64,000 bases of DNA from the human T2T-CHM13v2.0 reference genome, Homo sapiens: NCBI RefSeq assembly GCF_009914755.1, contig NC_060931.1. The stretch is one strand, 5' to 3'. Each line of letters begins with the position of its first letter. Within the stretch, counting starts at the first letter, position 1. Of this stretch, positions 27,901 to 42,000 are shown piece by piece. Below the pieces are notes generated by a model. That model saw nothing but the letters and a program-made list of their open reading frames with translations. It did not search any database and was not told the origin of the DNA. A program made the position numbers and the translations under genes.

Positions 27901-30900
27901 GTGGAACGTCCCTTTAGACAGAGCAGATTTGAAACACTCTTTTTGCGGAATTTGCAAGTGGAGATTTCTAGCCATTTGATGCCAACAGTAGAAAGGGAAA
28001 TATCTTCAAATAAAAACCAGACAGAATCATTCTCAGAAAATTCTTTGTGATGTGTGCGTTCAACTCACATAGTTTAACCTTTCTTTTCATAGAGCAGTTT
28101 GGAAACACTCTGTTTGTAAAGTCTGCAAGTGGATATATGGACCGCATTGAGGCCTTCGTTGGAAACGGGATTTCTTCATTTCATGCTAGACAGAAGAATT
28201 CTCAGTAACTTCTTTGTGCTGTGTGTATTCAACTCACAGAGTGGAACGTCCCTTTACACAGAGCAGATTTGAAACACTCTTTTTGTGGAGTTTGCAAGTG
28301 GAGATTTCAAGCGATTTGATGCCAACAGTAGAAAAGGAAATATCTTCAAATAAAAACTAGACAGAATCATTCTCAGAAACTACTTTGTGATGTGTGCCTT
28401 CAACTCACAGAGTTTAACCTTTCTTTTCTTAGAGCAGTTTAGAAACACTCTGCTTGTTACGTCTGCAAGTGGATATTTGGACCTCTTTGAGGCCTTCGTT
28501 GCAAACGGGGTTTCTTCCTTTCATGCTAGACTAAGAAGAGTTCTCAGTAACTTTTTTGTGTTGTGTGTATTCAACTCACAGAGTTGAACCTTGCTTTAGA
28601 GAGAGCAGATTTGAAACACTCTTGCTGTGGCATTTTCAGGTGGAGATTTCAAGCGATTTGAGGACAATTGCAGAAAAGGAAATATCTTCGTATAATAACC
28701 AGACAGAATCATTCTCAGAAAGTGCTTTGTGATGTGTGCGTTCAACTCACAGAGTTTAACCTTTCTTTTCATAGAGGAGTTTGGAAACACACTGTTTGTA
28801 AAGTCTGCAAGTGGATATATGGACCTGTTTGAGGCCTTCGTTGGAAACGGGATTTCTTCATTGAATGCTAGACGGAAGAATTCTCAGTAAATTCTTTGTG
28901 TTGTGTGCATTCAACTCACAGAGTGGAACGTCCCTTTAGACAGAGCAGATTTGAAACACTCTTTTTGCGGAATTTGCAAGTGGAGATTTCTAGCCATTTG
29001 ATGCCAACAGTAGAAAGGGAAATATCTTCAAATAAAAACCAGACAGAATCATTCTCAGAAAATTCTTTGTGATGTGTGCGTTCAACTCACATAGTTTAAC
29101 CTTTCTTTTCATAGAGCAGTTTGGAAACACTCTGTTTGTAAAGTCTGCAAGTGGATATATGGACCGCATTGAGGCCTTCGTTGGAAACGGGATTTCTTCA
29201 TTTCATGCTAGACAGAAGAATTCTCAGTAACTTCTTTGTGCTGTGTGTATTCAACTCACAGAGTGGAACGTCCCTTTGCACAGAGCAGATTTGAAACACT
29301 CTTTTTGTGGAGTTTGCAAGTGGAGATTTCAAGCGATTTGATGCCTACAGTAGAAAAGGAAATATCTTCAAATAAAAACTAGACAGAATCATTCTCAGAA
29401 ACTACTTTGTGATGTGTGCCTTCAACTCACAGAGTTTAACCTTTCTTTTCTTAGAGCAGTTTAGAAACACTCTGCTTGTTATGTCTGCAAGTGGATATTT
29501 GGACCTCTTTGAGGCCTTCGTTGCAAACGGGGTTTCTTCCTTTCATGCTAGACTAAGAAGAGTTCTCAGTAACTTTTTTGTGTTGTGTGTATTCAACTCA
29601 CAGAGTTGAACCTTGCTTTAGAGAGAGCAGATTTGAAACACTCTTGCTGTGGCATTTTCAGGTGGAGATTTCAAGCGATTTGAGGACAATTGCAGAAAAG
29701 GAAATATCTTCGTATAATAACCAGACAGAATCATTCTCAGAAAGTGCTTTGTGATGTGTGCGTTCAACTCACAGAGTTTAACCTTTCTTTTCATAGAGGA
29801 GTTTGGAAACACACTGTTTGTAAAGTCTGCAAGTGGATATATGGACCTGTTTGAGGCCTTCGTTGGAAACGGGATTTCTTCATTGAATGCTAGACGGAAG
29901 AATTCTCAGTAAATTCTTTGTGTTGTGTGCATTCAACTCACAGAGTGGAACGTCCCTTTAGACAGAGCAGATTTGAAACCCTCTTTTTGCGGAATTTGCA
30001 AGTGGAGATTTCTAGCCATTTGATGCCAACAGTAGAAAGGGAAATATCTTCAAATAAAAACCAGACAGAATCATTCTCAGAAAATTCTTTGTGATGTGTG
30101 CGTTCAACTCACATAGTTTAACCTTTCTTTTCATAGAGCAGTTTGGAAACACTCTGTTTGTAAAGTCTGCAAGTGGATATATGGACCGCATTGAGGCCTT
30201 CGTTGGAAACGGGATTTCTTCATTTCATGCTAGACAGAAGAATTCTCAGTAACTTCTTTGTGCTGTGTGTATTCAACTCACAGAGTGGAACGTCCCTTTG
30301 CACAGAGCAGATTTGAAACACTCTTTTTGTGGAGTTTGCAAGTGGAGATTTCAAGCGATTTGATGCCAACAGTAGAAAAGGAAATATCTTCAAATAAAAA
30401 CTAGACAGAATCATTCTCAGAAACTACTTTGTGATGTGTGCCTTCAACTCACAGAGTTTAACCTTTCTTTTCTTAGAGCAGTTTCGAAACACTCTGCTTG
30501 TTACGTCTGCAAGTGGATATTTGGACCTCTTTGAGGCCTTCGTTGCAAACGGGGTTTCTTCCTTTCATGCTAGACTAAGAAGAGTTCTCAGTAACTTTTT
30601 TGTGTTGTGTGTATTCAACTCACAGAGTTGAACCTTGCTTTAGAGAGAGCAGATGTGAAACACTCTTGCTGTGGCATTTTCAGGTGGAGATTTCAAGCGA
30701 TTTGAGGACAATTGCAGAAAAGGAAATATCTTCGTATAATAACCAGACAGAATCATTCTCAGAAAGTGCTTTGTGATGTGTGCGTTCAACTCACAGAGTT
30801 TAACCTTTCTTTTCATAGAGGAGTTTGGAAACACACTGTTTGTAAAGTCTGCAAGTGGATATATGGACCTGTTTGAGGCCTTCGTTGGAAACGGGATTTC

Positions 30901-31170
30901 TTCATTGAATGCTAGACGGAAGAATTCTCAGTAAATTCTTTGTGTTGTGTGCATTCAACTCACAGAGTGGAACGTCCCTTTAGACAGAGCAGATTTGAAA
31001 CACTCTTTTTGCGGAATTTGCAAGTGGAGATTTCTAGCCATTTGATGCCAACAGTAGAAAGGGAAATATCTTCAAATAAAAACCAGACAGAATCATTCTC
31101 AGAAAATTCTTTGTGATGTGTGCGTTCAACTCACATAGTTTAACCTTTCTTTTCATAGAGCAGTTTGGAA

Positions 31171-31180
31171 ACACTGTTTG
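31171..31180 (+). other. 2-bp deletion (AACACTCTGTTTG > AACACTGTTTG), 1020-bp HOR
   Basis: Read directly; ORF-track period drops to 1020 (30431 to 31451). Confidence 0.95.
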
Positions 31181-34100
31181 TAAAGTCTGCAAGTGGATAT
31201 ATGGACCGCTTTGAGGCCTTCGTTGGAAACGGGATTTCTTCATTTCATGCTAGACAGAAGAATTCTCAGTAACTTCTTTGTGCTGTGTGTATTCAACTCA
31301 CAGAGTGGAACGTCCCTTTGCACAGAGCAGATTTGAAACACTCTTTTTGTGGAGTTTGCAAGTGGAGATTTCAAGCGATTTGATGCCAACAGTAGAAAAG
31401 GAAATATCTTCAAATAAAAACTAGACAGAATCATTCTCAGAAACTACTTTGTGATGTGTGCCTTCAACTCACAGAGTTTAACCTTTCTTTTCTTAGAGCA
31501 GTTTAGAAACACTCTGCTTGTTATGTCTGCAAGTGGATATTTGGACCTCTTTGAGGCCTTCGTTGCAAACGGGGTTTCTTCCTTTCATGCTAGACTAAGA
31601 AGAGTTCTCAGTAACTTTTTTGTGTTGTGTGTATTCAACTCACAGAGTTGAACCTTGCTTTAGAGAGAGCAGATTTGAAACACTCTTGCTGTGGCATTTT
31701 CAGGTGGAGATTTCAAGCGATTTGAGGACAATTGCAGAAAAGGAAATATCTTCGTATAATAACCAGACAGAATCATTCTCAGAAAGTGCTTTGTGATGTG
31801 TGCGTTCAACTCACAGAGTTTAACCTTTCTTTTCATAGAGGAGTTTGGAAACACACTGTTTGTAAAGTCTGCAATTGGATATATGGACCTCTTTGAGGCC
31901 TTCGTTGGAAACGGGATTTCTTCATTGAATGCTAGACGGAAGAATTCTCAGTAAATTCTTTGTGTTGTGTGCATTCAACTCACAGAGTGGAACGTCCCTT
32001 TAGACAGAGCAGATTTGAAACACTCTTTTTGCGGAATTTGCAAGTGGAGATTTCTAGCCATTTGATGCCAACAGTAGAAAGGGAAATATCTTCAAATAAA
32101 AACCAGACAGAATCATTCTCAGAAAATTCTTTGTGATGTGTGCGTTCAACTCACATAGTTTAACCTTTCTTTTCATAGAGCAGTTTGGAAACACTCTGTT
32201 TGTAAAGTCTGCAAGTGGATATATGGACCGCATTGAGGCCTTCGTTGGAAACGGGATTTCTTCATTTCATGCTAGACAGAAGAATTCTCAGTAACTTCTT
32301 TGTGCTGTGTGTATTCAGCTCACAGAGTGGAACGTCCCTTTGCACAGAGCAGATTTGAAACACTCTTTTTGTGGAGTTTGCAAGTGGAGATTTCAAGCGA
32401 TTTGATGCCAACAGTAGAAAAGGAAATATCTTCAAATAAAAACTAGACAGAATCATTCTCAGAAACTACTTTGTGATGTGTGCCTTCAACTCACAGAGTT
32501 TAACCTTTCTTTTCTTAGAGCAGTTTAGAAACACTCTGCTTGTTATGTCTGCAAGTGGATATTTGGACCTCTTTGAGGCCTTCGTTGCAAACGGGGTTTC
32601 TTCCTTTCATGCTAGACTAAGAAGAGTTCTCAGTAACTTTTTTGTGTTGTGTGTATTCAACTCACAGAGTTGAACCCTGCTTTAGAGAGAGCAGATTTGA
32701 AACTCTCTTGCTGTGGCATTTTCAGGTGGAGATTTCAAGCGATTTGAGGACAATTGCAGAAAAGGAAATATCTTCGTATAATAACCAGACAGAATCATTC
32801 TCAGAAAGTGCTTTGTGATGTGTGCGTTCAACTCACAGAGTTTAACCTTTCTTTTCATAGAGGAGTTTGGAAACACACTGTTTGTAAAGTCTGCAAGTGG
32901 ATATATGGACCTGTTTGAGGCCTTCGTTGGAAACGGGATTTCTTCATTGAATGCTAGACGGAAGAATTCTCAGTAAATTCTTTGTGTTGTGTGCATTCAA
33001 CTCACAGAGTGGAACGTCCCTTTAGACAGAGCAGATTTGAAACACTCTTTTTGCGGAATTTGCAAGTGGAGATTTCTAGCCATTTGATGCCAACAGTAGA
33101 AAGGGAAATATCTTCAAATAAAAACCAGACAGAATCATTCTCAGAAAATTCTTTGTGATGTGTGCGTTCAACTCACATAGTTTAACCTTTCTTTTCATAG
33201 AGCAGTTTGGAAACACTCTGTTTGTAAAGTCTGCAAGTGGATATATGGACCGCATTGAGGCCTTCGTTGGAAACGGGATTTCTTCATTTCATGCTAGACA
33301 GAAGAATTCTCAGTAACTTCTTTGTGCTGTGTGTATTCAACTCACAGAGTGGAACGTCCCTTTACACAGAGCAGATTTGAAACACTCTTTTTGTGGAGTT
33401 TGCAAGTGGAGATTTCAAGCGATTTGATGCCAACAGTAGAAAAGGAAATATCTTCAAATAAAAACTAGACAGAATCATTCTCAGAAACTACTTTGTGATG
33501 TGTGCCTTCAACTCACAGAGTTTAACCTTTCTTTTCTTAGAGCAGTTTAGAAACACTCTGCTTGTTATGTCTGCAAGGGGATATTTGGACCTCTTTGAGG
33601 CCTTCGTTGCAAACGTGGTTTCTTCCTTTCATGCTAGACTAAGAAGAGTTCTCAGTAACTTTTTTGTGTTGTGTGTATTCAACTCACAGAGTTGAACCTT
33701 GCTTTAGAGAGAGCAGATTTGAAACACTCTTGCTGTGGCATTTTCAGGTGGAGATTTCAAGCGATTTGAGGACAATTGCAGAAAAGGAAATATCTTCGTA
33801 TAATAACCAGACAGAATCATTCTCAGAAAGTGCTTTGTGATGTGTGCGTTCAACTCACAGAGTTTAACCTTTCTTTTCATAGAGGAGTTTGGAAACACAC
33901 TGTTTGTAAAGTCTGCAAGTGGATATATGGACCTGTTTGAGGCCTTCGTTGGAAACGGGATTTCTTCATTGAATGCTAGACGGAAGAATTCTCAGTAAAT
34001 TCTTTGTGTTGTGTGCATTCAACTCACAGAGTGGAACGTCCCTTTAGACAGAGCAGATTTGAAACCCTCTTTTTGCGGAATTTGCAAGTGGAGATTTCTA

Positions 34101-35256
34101 GCCATTTGATGCCAACAGTAGAAAGGGAAATATCTTCAAATAAAAACCAGACAGAATCATTCTCAGAAAATTCTTTGTGATGTGTGCGTTCAACTCACAT
34201 AGTTTAACCTTTCTTTTCATAGAGCAGTTTGGAAACATTCTGTTTGTAAAGTCTGCAAGTGGATATATGGACCGCATTGAGGCCTTCGTTGGAAACGGGA
34301 TTTCTTCATTTCATGCTAGACAGAAGAATTCTCAGTAACTTTTTTGTGCTGTGTGTATTCAACTCACAGAGTGGAACGTCCCTTTGCACAGAGCAGATTT
34401 GAAACACTCTTTTTGTGGAGTTTGCAAGTGGAGATTTCAAGCGATTTGATGCCAACAGTAGAAAAGGAAATATCTTCAAATAAAAACTAGACAGAATCAT
34501 TCTCAGAAACTACTTTGTGATGTGTGCCTTCAACTCACAGAGTTTAACCTTTCTTTTCTTAGAGCAGTTTAGAAACACTCTGCTTGTTACGTCTGCAAGT
34601 GGATATTTGGACCTCTTTGAGGCCTTCGTTGCAAACGGGGTTTCTTCCTTTCATGCTAGACTAAGAAGAGTTCTCAGTAACTTTTTTGTGTTGTGTGTAT
34701 TCAACTCACAGAGTTGAACCTTGCTTTAGAGAGAGCAGATTTGAAACACTCTTGCTGTGGCATTTTCAGGTGGAGATTTCAAGCGATTTGAGGACAATTG
34801 CAGAAAAGGAAATATCTTCGTATAATAACCAGACAGAATCATTCTCAGAAAGTGCTTTGTGATGTGTGCGTTCAACTCACAGAGTTTAACCTTTCTTTTC
34901 ATAGAGGAGTTTGGAAACACACTGTTTGTAAAGTCTGCAAGTGGATATATGGACCTGTTTGAGGCCTTCGTTGGAAACGGGATTTCTTCATTGAATGCTA
35001 GACGGAAGAATTCTCAGTAAATTCTTTGTGTTGTGTGCATTCAACTCACAGAGTGGAACGTCCCTTTAGACAGAGCAGATTTGAAACACTCTTTTTGCGG
35101 AATTTGCAAGTGGAGATTTCTAGCCATTTGATGCCAACAGTAGAAAGGGAAATATCTTCAAATAAAAACCAGACAGAATCATTCTCAGAAAATTCTTTGT
35201 GATGTGTGCGTTCAACTCACATAGTTTAACCTTTCTTTTCATAGAGCAGTTTGGAA

Positions 35257-35266
35257 ACACTGTTTG
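35257..35266 (+). other. Same 2-bp deletion, second copy
   Basis: Read directly; ORF-track period 1020 (34517 to 35537). Confidence 0.95.
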
Positions 35267-36099
35267 TAAAGTCTGCAAGTGGATATATGGACCGCATTGA
35301 GGCCTTCGTTGGAAACGGGATTTCTTCATTTCATGCTAGACAGAAGAATTCTCAGTAACTTCTTTGTGCTGTGTGTATTCAACTCACAGAGTGGAACGTC
35401 CCTTTGCACAGAGCAGATTTGAAACACTCTTTTTGTGGAGTTTGCAAGTGGAGATTTCAAGCGATTTGATGCCAACAGTAGAAAAGGAAATATCTTCAAA
35501 TAAAAACTAGACAGAATCATTCTCAGAAACTACTTTGTGATGTGTGCCTTCAACTCACAGAGTTTAACCTTTCTTTTCTTAGAGCAGTTTAGAAACACTC
35601 TGCTTGTTATGTCTGCAAGTGGATATTTGGACCTCTTTGAGGCCTTCGTTGCAAACGGGGTTTCTTCCTTTCATGCTAGACTAAGAAGAGTTCTCAGTAA
35701 CTTTTTTGTGTTGTGTGTATTCAACTCACAGAGTTGAACCTTGCTTTAGAGAGAGCAGATTTGAAACACTCTTGCTGTGGCATTTTCAGGTGGAGATTTC
35801 AAGCGATTTGAGGACAATTGCAGAAAAGGAAATATCTTCGTATAATAACCAGACAGAATCATTCTCAGAAAGTGCTTTGTGATGTGTGCGTTCAACTCAC
35901 AGAGTTTAACCTTTCTTTTCATAGAGGAGTTTGGAAACACACTGTTTGTAAAGTCTGCAAGTGGATATATGGACCTGTTTGAGGCCTTCGTTGGAAACGG
36001 GATTTCTTCATTGAATGCTAGACCGAAGAATTCTCAGTAAATTCTTTGTGTTGTGTGCATTCAACTCACAGAGTGGAACGTCCCTTTAGACAGAGCAGA

Positions 36100-39000
36100 T
36101 TTGAAACACTGTTTTTGCGGAATTTGCAAGTGGAGATTTCTAGCCATTTGATGCCAACAGTAGAAAGGGAAATATCTTCAAATAAAAACCAGACAGAATC
36201 ATTCTCAGAAAATTCTTTGTGATGTGTGCGTTCAACTCACATAGTTTAACCTTTCTTTTCATAGAGCAGTTTGGAAACACTCTGTTTGTAAAGTCTGCAA
36301 GTGGATATATGGACCGCATTGAGGCCTTCGTTGGAAACGGGATTTCTTCATTTCATGCTAGACAGAAGAATTCTCAGTAACTTCTTTGTGCTGTGTGTAT
36401 TCAACTCACAGAGTGGAACGTCCCTTTGCACAGAGCAGATTTGAAACACTCTTTTTGTGGAGTTTGCAAGTGGAGATTTCAAGCGATTTGATGCCAACAG
36501 TAGAAAAGGAAATATCTTCAAATAAAAACTAGACAGAATCATTCTCAGAAACTACTTTGTGATGTGTGCCTTCAACTCACAGAGTTTAACCTTTCTTTTC
36601 TTAGAGCAGTTTAGAAACACTCTGCTTGTTATGTCTGCAAGGGGATATTTGGACCTCTTTGAGGCCTTCGTTGCAAACGTGGTTTCTTCCTTTCATGCTA
36701 GACTAAGAAGAGTTCTCAGTAACTTTTTTGTGTTGTGTGTATTCAACTCACAGAGTTGAACCTTGCTTTAGAGAGAGCAGATTTGAAACACTCTTGCTGT
36801 GGCATTTTCAGGTGGAGATTTCAAGCGATTTGAGGACAATTGCAGAAAAGGAAATATCTTCGTATAATAACCAGACAGAATCATTCTCAGAAAGTGCTTT
36901 GTGATGTGTGCGTTCAACTCACAGAGTTTAACCTTTCTTTTCATAGAGGAGTTTGGAAACACACTGTTTGTAAAGTCTGCAAGTGGATATATGGACCTGT
37001 TTGAGGCCTTCGTTGGAAACGGGATTTCTTCATTGAATGCTAGACGGAAGAATTCTCAGTAAATTCTTTGTGTTGTGTGCATTCAACTCACAGAGTGGAA
37101 CGTCCCTTTAGACAGAGCAGATTTGAAACACTCTTTTTGCGGAATTTGCAAGTGGAGATTTCTAGCCATTTGATGCCAACAGTAGAAAGGGAAATATCTT
37201 CAAATAAAAAACAGACAGAATCATTCTCAGAAAATTCTTTGTGATGTGTGCGTTCAACTCACATAGTTTAACCTTTCTTTTCATAGAGCAGTTTGGAAAC
37301 ACTCTGTTTGTAAAGTCTGCAAGTGGATATATGGACCGCATTGAGGCCTTCGTTGGAAACGGGATTTCTTCATTTCATGCTAGACAGAAGAATTCTCAGT
37401 AACTTCTTTGTGCTGTGTGTATTCAACTCACAGAGTGGAACGTCCCTTTGCACAGAGCAGATTTGAAACACTCTTTTTGTGGAGTTTGCAAGTGGAGATT
37501 TCAAGCGATTTGATGCCAACAGTAGAAAAGGAAATATCTTCAAATAAAAACTAGACAGAATCATTCTCAGAAACTACTTTGTGATGTGTGCCTTCAACTC
37601 ACAGAGTTTAACCTTTCTTTTCTTAGAGCAGTTTAGAAACACTCTGCTTGTTATGTCTGCAAGTGGATATTTGGACCTCTTTGAGGCCTTCGTTGCAAAC
37701 GGGGTTTCTTCCTTTCATGCTAGACTAAGAAGAGTTCTCAGTAACTTTTTTGTGTTGTGTGTATTCAACTCACAGAGTTGAACCCTGCTTTAGAGAGAGC
37801 AGATTTGAAACACTCTTGCTGTGGCATTTTCAGGTGGAGATTTCAAGCGATTTGAGGACAATTGCAGAAAAGGAAATATCTTCGTATAATAACCAGACAG
37901 AATCATTCTCAGAAAGTGCTTTGTGATGTGTGCGTTCAACTCACAGAGTTTAACCTTTCTTTTCATAGAGGAGTTTGGAAACACACTGTTTGTAAAGTCT
38001 GCAAGTGGATATATGGACCTGTTTGAGGCCTTCGTTGGAAACGGGATTTCTTCATTGAATGCTAGACGGAAGAATTCTCAGTAAATTCTTTGTGTTGTGT
38101 GCATTCAACTCACAGAGTGGAACGTCCCTTTAGACAGAGCAGATTTGAAACACTGTTTTTGCGGAAGTTGCAAGTGGAGATTTCTAGCCATTTGATGCCA
38201 ACAGTAGAAAGGGAAATATCTTCAAATAAAAACCAGACAGAATCATTCTCAGAAAATTCTTTGTGATGTGTGCGTTCAACTCACATAGTTTAACCTTTCT
38301 TTTCATAGAGCAGTTTGGAAACACTCTGTTTGTAAAGTCTGCAAGTGGATATATGGACCGCATTGAGGCCTTCGTTGGAAACGGGATTTCTTCATTTCAT
38401 GCTAGACAGAAGAATTCTCAGTAACTTCTTTGTGCTGTGTGCATTCAACTCACAGAGTGGAACGTCCCTTTGCACAGAGCAGATTTGAAACACTCTTTTT
38501 GTGGAGTTTGCAAGTGGAGATTTCAAGCGATTTGATGCCAACAGTAGAAAAGGAAATATCTTCAAATAAAAACTAGACAGAATCATTCTCAGAAACTACT
38601 TTGTGATGTGTGCCTTCAACTCACAGAGTTTAACCTTTCTTTTCTTAGAGCAGTTTAGAAACACTCTGCTTGTTATGTCTGCAAGGGGATATTTGGACCT
38701 CTTTGAGGCCTTCGTTGCAAACGTGGTTTCTTCCTTTCATGCTAGACTAAGAAGAGTTCTCAGTAACTTTTTTGTGTTGTGTGTATTCAACTCACAGAGT
38801 TGAACCTTGCATTAGAGAGAGCAGATTTGAAACACTCTTGCTGTGGCATTTTCAGGTGGAGATTTCAAGCGATTTGAGGACAATTGCAGAAAAGGAAATA
38901 TCTTCGTATAATAACCAGACAGAATCATTCTCAGAAAGTGCTTTGTGATGTGTGCGTTCAACTCACAGAGTTTAACCTTTCTTTTCATAGAGGAGTTTGG

Positions 39001-42000
39001 AAACACACTGTTTGTAAACTCTGCAAGTGGATATATGGACCTGTTTGAGGCCTTCGTTGGAAACGGGATTTCTTCATTGAATGCTAGACGGAAGAATTCT
39101 CAGTAAATTCTTTGTGTTGTGTGCATTCAACTCACAGAGTGGAACGTCCCTTTAGACAGAGCAGATTTGAAACACTCTTTTTGCGGAATTTGCAAGTGGA
39201 GATTTCTAGCCATTTGATGCCAACAGTAGAAAGGGAAATATCTTCAAATAAAAACCAGACAGAATCATTCTCAGAAAATTCTTTGTGATGTGTGCGTTCA
39301 ACTCACATAGTTTAACCTTTCTTTTCATAGAGCAGTTTGGAAACACTCTGTTTGTAAAGTCTGCAAGTGGATATATGGACCGCATTGAGGCCTTCGTTGG
39401 AAACGGGATTTCTTCATTTCATGCTAGACAGAAGAATTCTCAGTAACTTCTTTGTGCTGTGTGTATTCAACTCACAGAGTGGAACGTCCCTTTGCACAGA
39501 GCAGATTTGAAACACTCTTTTTGTGGAGTTTGCAAGTGGAGATTTCAAGCGATTTGATGCCAACAGTAGAAAAGGAAATATCTTCAAATAAAAACTAGAC
39601 AGAATCATTCTCAGAAACTACTTTGTGATGTGTGCCTTCAACTCACAGAGTTTAACCTTTCTTTTCTTAGAGCAGTTTAGAAACACTCTGCTTGTTATGT
39701 CTGCAAGTGGATATTTGGACCTCTTTGAGGCCTTCGTTGCAAACGGGGTTTCTTCCTTTCATGCTAGACTAAGAAGAGTTCTCAGTAACTTTTTTGTGTT
39801 GTGTGTATTCAACTCACAGAGTTGAACCCTGCTTTAGAGAGAGCAGATTTGAAACACTCTTGCTGTGGCATTTTCAGGTGGAGATTTCAAGCGATTTGAG
39901 GACAATTGCAGAAAAGGAAATATCTTCGTATAATAACCAGACAGAATCATTCTCAGAAAGTGCTTTGTGATGTGTGCGTTCAACTCACAGAGTTTAACCT
40001 TTCTTTTCATAGAGGAGTTTGGAAACACACTGTTTGTAAAGTCTGCAAGTGGATATATGGACCTGTTTGAGGCCTTCGTTGGAAACGGGATTTCTTCATT
40101 GAATGCTAGACGGAAGAATTCTCAGTAAATTCTTTGTGTTGTGTGCATTCAACTCACAGAGTGGAACGTCCCTTTAGACAGAGCAGATTTGAAACACTGT
40201 TTTTGCGGAATTTGCAAGTGGAGATTTCTAGCCATTTGATGCCAACAGTAGAAAGGGAAATATCTTCAAATAAAAACCAGACAGAATCATTCTCAGAAAA
40301 TTCTTTGTGATGTGTGCATTCAACTCACATAGTTTAACCTTTCTTTTCATAGAGCAGTTTGGAAACACTCTGTTTGTAAAGTCTGCAAGTGGATATATGG
40401 ACCGCATTGAGGCCTTCGTTGGAAACGGGATTTCTTCATTTCATGCTAGACAGAAGAATTCTCAGTAACTTCTTTGTGCTGTGTGCATTCAACTCACAGA
40501 GTGGAACGTCCCTTTGCACAGAGCAGATTTGAAACACTCTTTTTGTGGAGTTTGCAAGTGGAGATTTCAAGCGATTTGATGCCAACAGTAGAATAGGAAA
40601 TATCTTCAAATAAAAACTAGACAGAATCATTCTCAGAAACTACTTTGTGATGTGTGCCTTCAACTCACAGAGTTTAACCTTTCTTTTCTTAGAGCAGTTT
40701 AGAAACACTCTGCTTGTTATGTCTGCAAGGGGATATTTGGACCTCTTTGAGGCCTTCGTTGCAAACGTGGTTTCTTCCTTTCATGCTAGACTAAGAAGAG
40801 TTCTCAGTAACTTTTTTGTGTTGTGTGTATTCAACTCACAGAGTTGAACCTTGCATTAGAGAGAGCAGATTTGAAACACTCTTGCTGTGGCATTTTCAGG
40901 TGGAGATTTCAAGCGATTTGAGGACAATTGCAGAAAAGGAAATATCTTCGTATAATAACCAGACAGAATCATTCTCAGAAAGTGCTTTGTGATGTGTGCG
41001 TTCAACTCACAGAGTTTAACCTTTCTTTTCATAGAGGAGTTTGGAAACACACTGTTTGTAAACTCTGCAAGTGGATATATGGACCTGTTTGAGGCCTTCG
41101 TTGGAAACGGGATTTCTTCATTGAATGCTAGACGGAAGAATTCTCAGTAAATTCTTTGTGTTGTGTGCATTCAACTCACAGAGTGGAACGTCCCTTTAGA
41201 CAGAGCAGATTTGAAACACTCTTTTTGCGGAATTTGCAAGTGGAGATTTCTAGCCATTTGATGCCAACAGTAGAAAGGGAAATATCTTCAAATAAAAACC
41301 AGACAGAATCATTCTCAGAAAATTCTTTGTGATGTGGGCGTTCAACTCACATAGTTTAACCTTTCTTTTCATAGAGCAGTTTGGAAACACTCTGTTTGTA
41401 AAGTCTGCAAGTGGATATATGGACCGCATTGAGGCCTTCGTTGGAAACGGGATTTCTTCATTTCATGCTAGACAGAAGAATTCTCAGTAACTTCTTTGTG
41501 CTGTGTGTATTCAACTCACAGAGTGGAACGTCCCTTTGCACAGAGCAGATTTGAAACACTCTTTTTGTGGAGTTTGCAAGTGGAGATTTCAAGCGATTTG
41601 ATGCCAACAGTAGAAAAGGAAATATCTTCAAATAAAAACTAGACAGAATCATTCTCAGAAACTACTTTGTGATGTGTGCCTTCAACTCACAGAGTTTAAC
41701 CTTTCTTTTCTTAGAGCAGTTTAGAAACACTCTGCTTGTTATGTCTGCAAGTGGATATTTGGACCTCTTTGAGGCCTTCGTTGCAAACGGGGTTTCTTCC
41801 TTTCATGCTAGACTAAGAAGAGTTCTCAGTAACTTTTTTGTGTTGTGTGTATTCAACTCACAGAGTTGAACCCTGCTTTAGAGAGAGCAGATTTGAAACA
41901 CTCTTGCTGTGGCATTTTCAGGTGGAGATTTCAAGCGATTTGAGGACAATTGCAGAAAAGGAAATATCTTCGTATAATAACCAGACAGAATCATTCTCAG

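Noticed and set aside
33610-33620. Mutant box 3 creates ACGTG, a HIF/bHLH-like core
   Set aside because: A 5-bp motif arises easily by chance; nothing in the sequence supports function.
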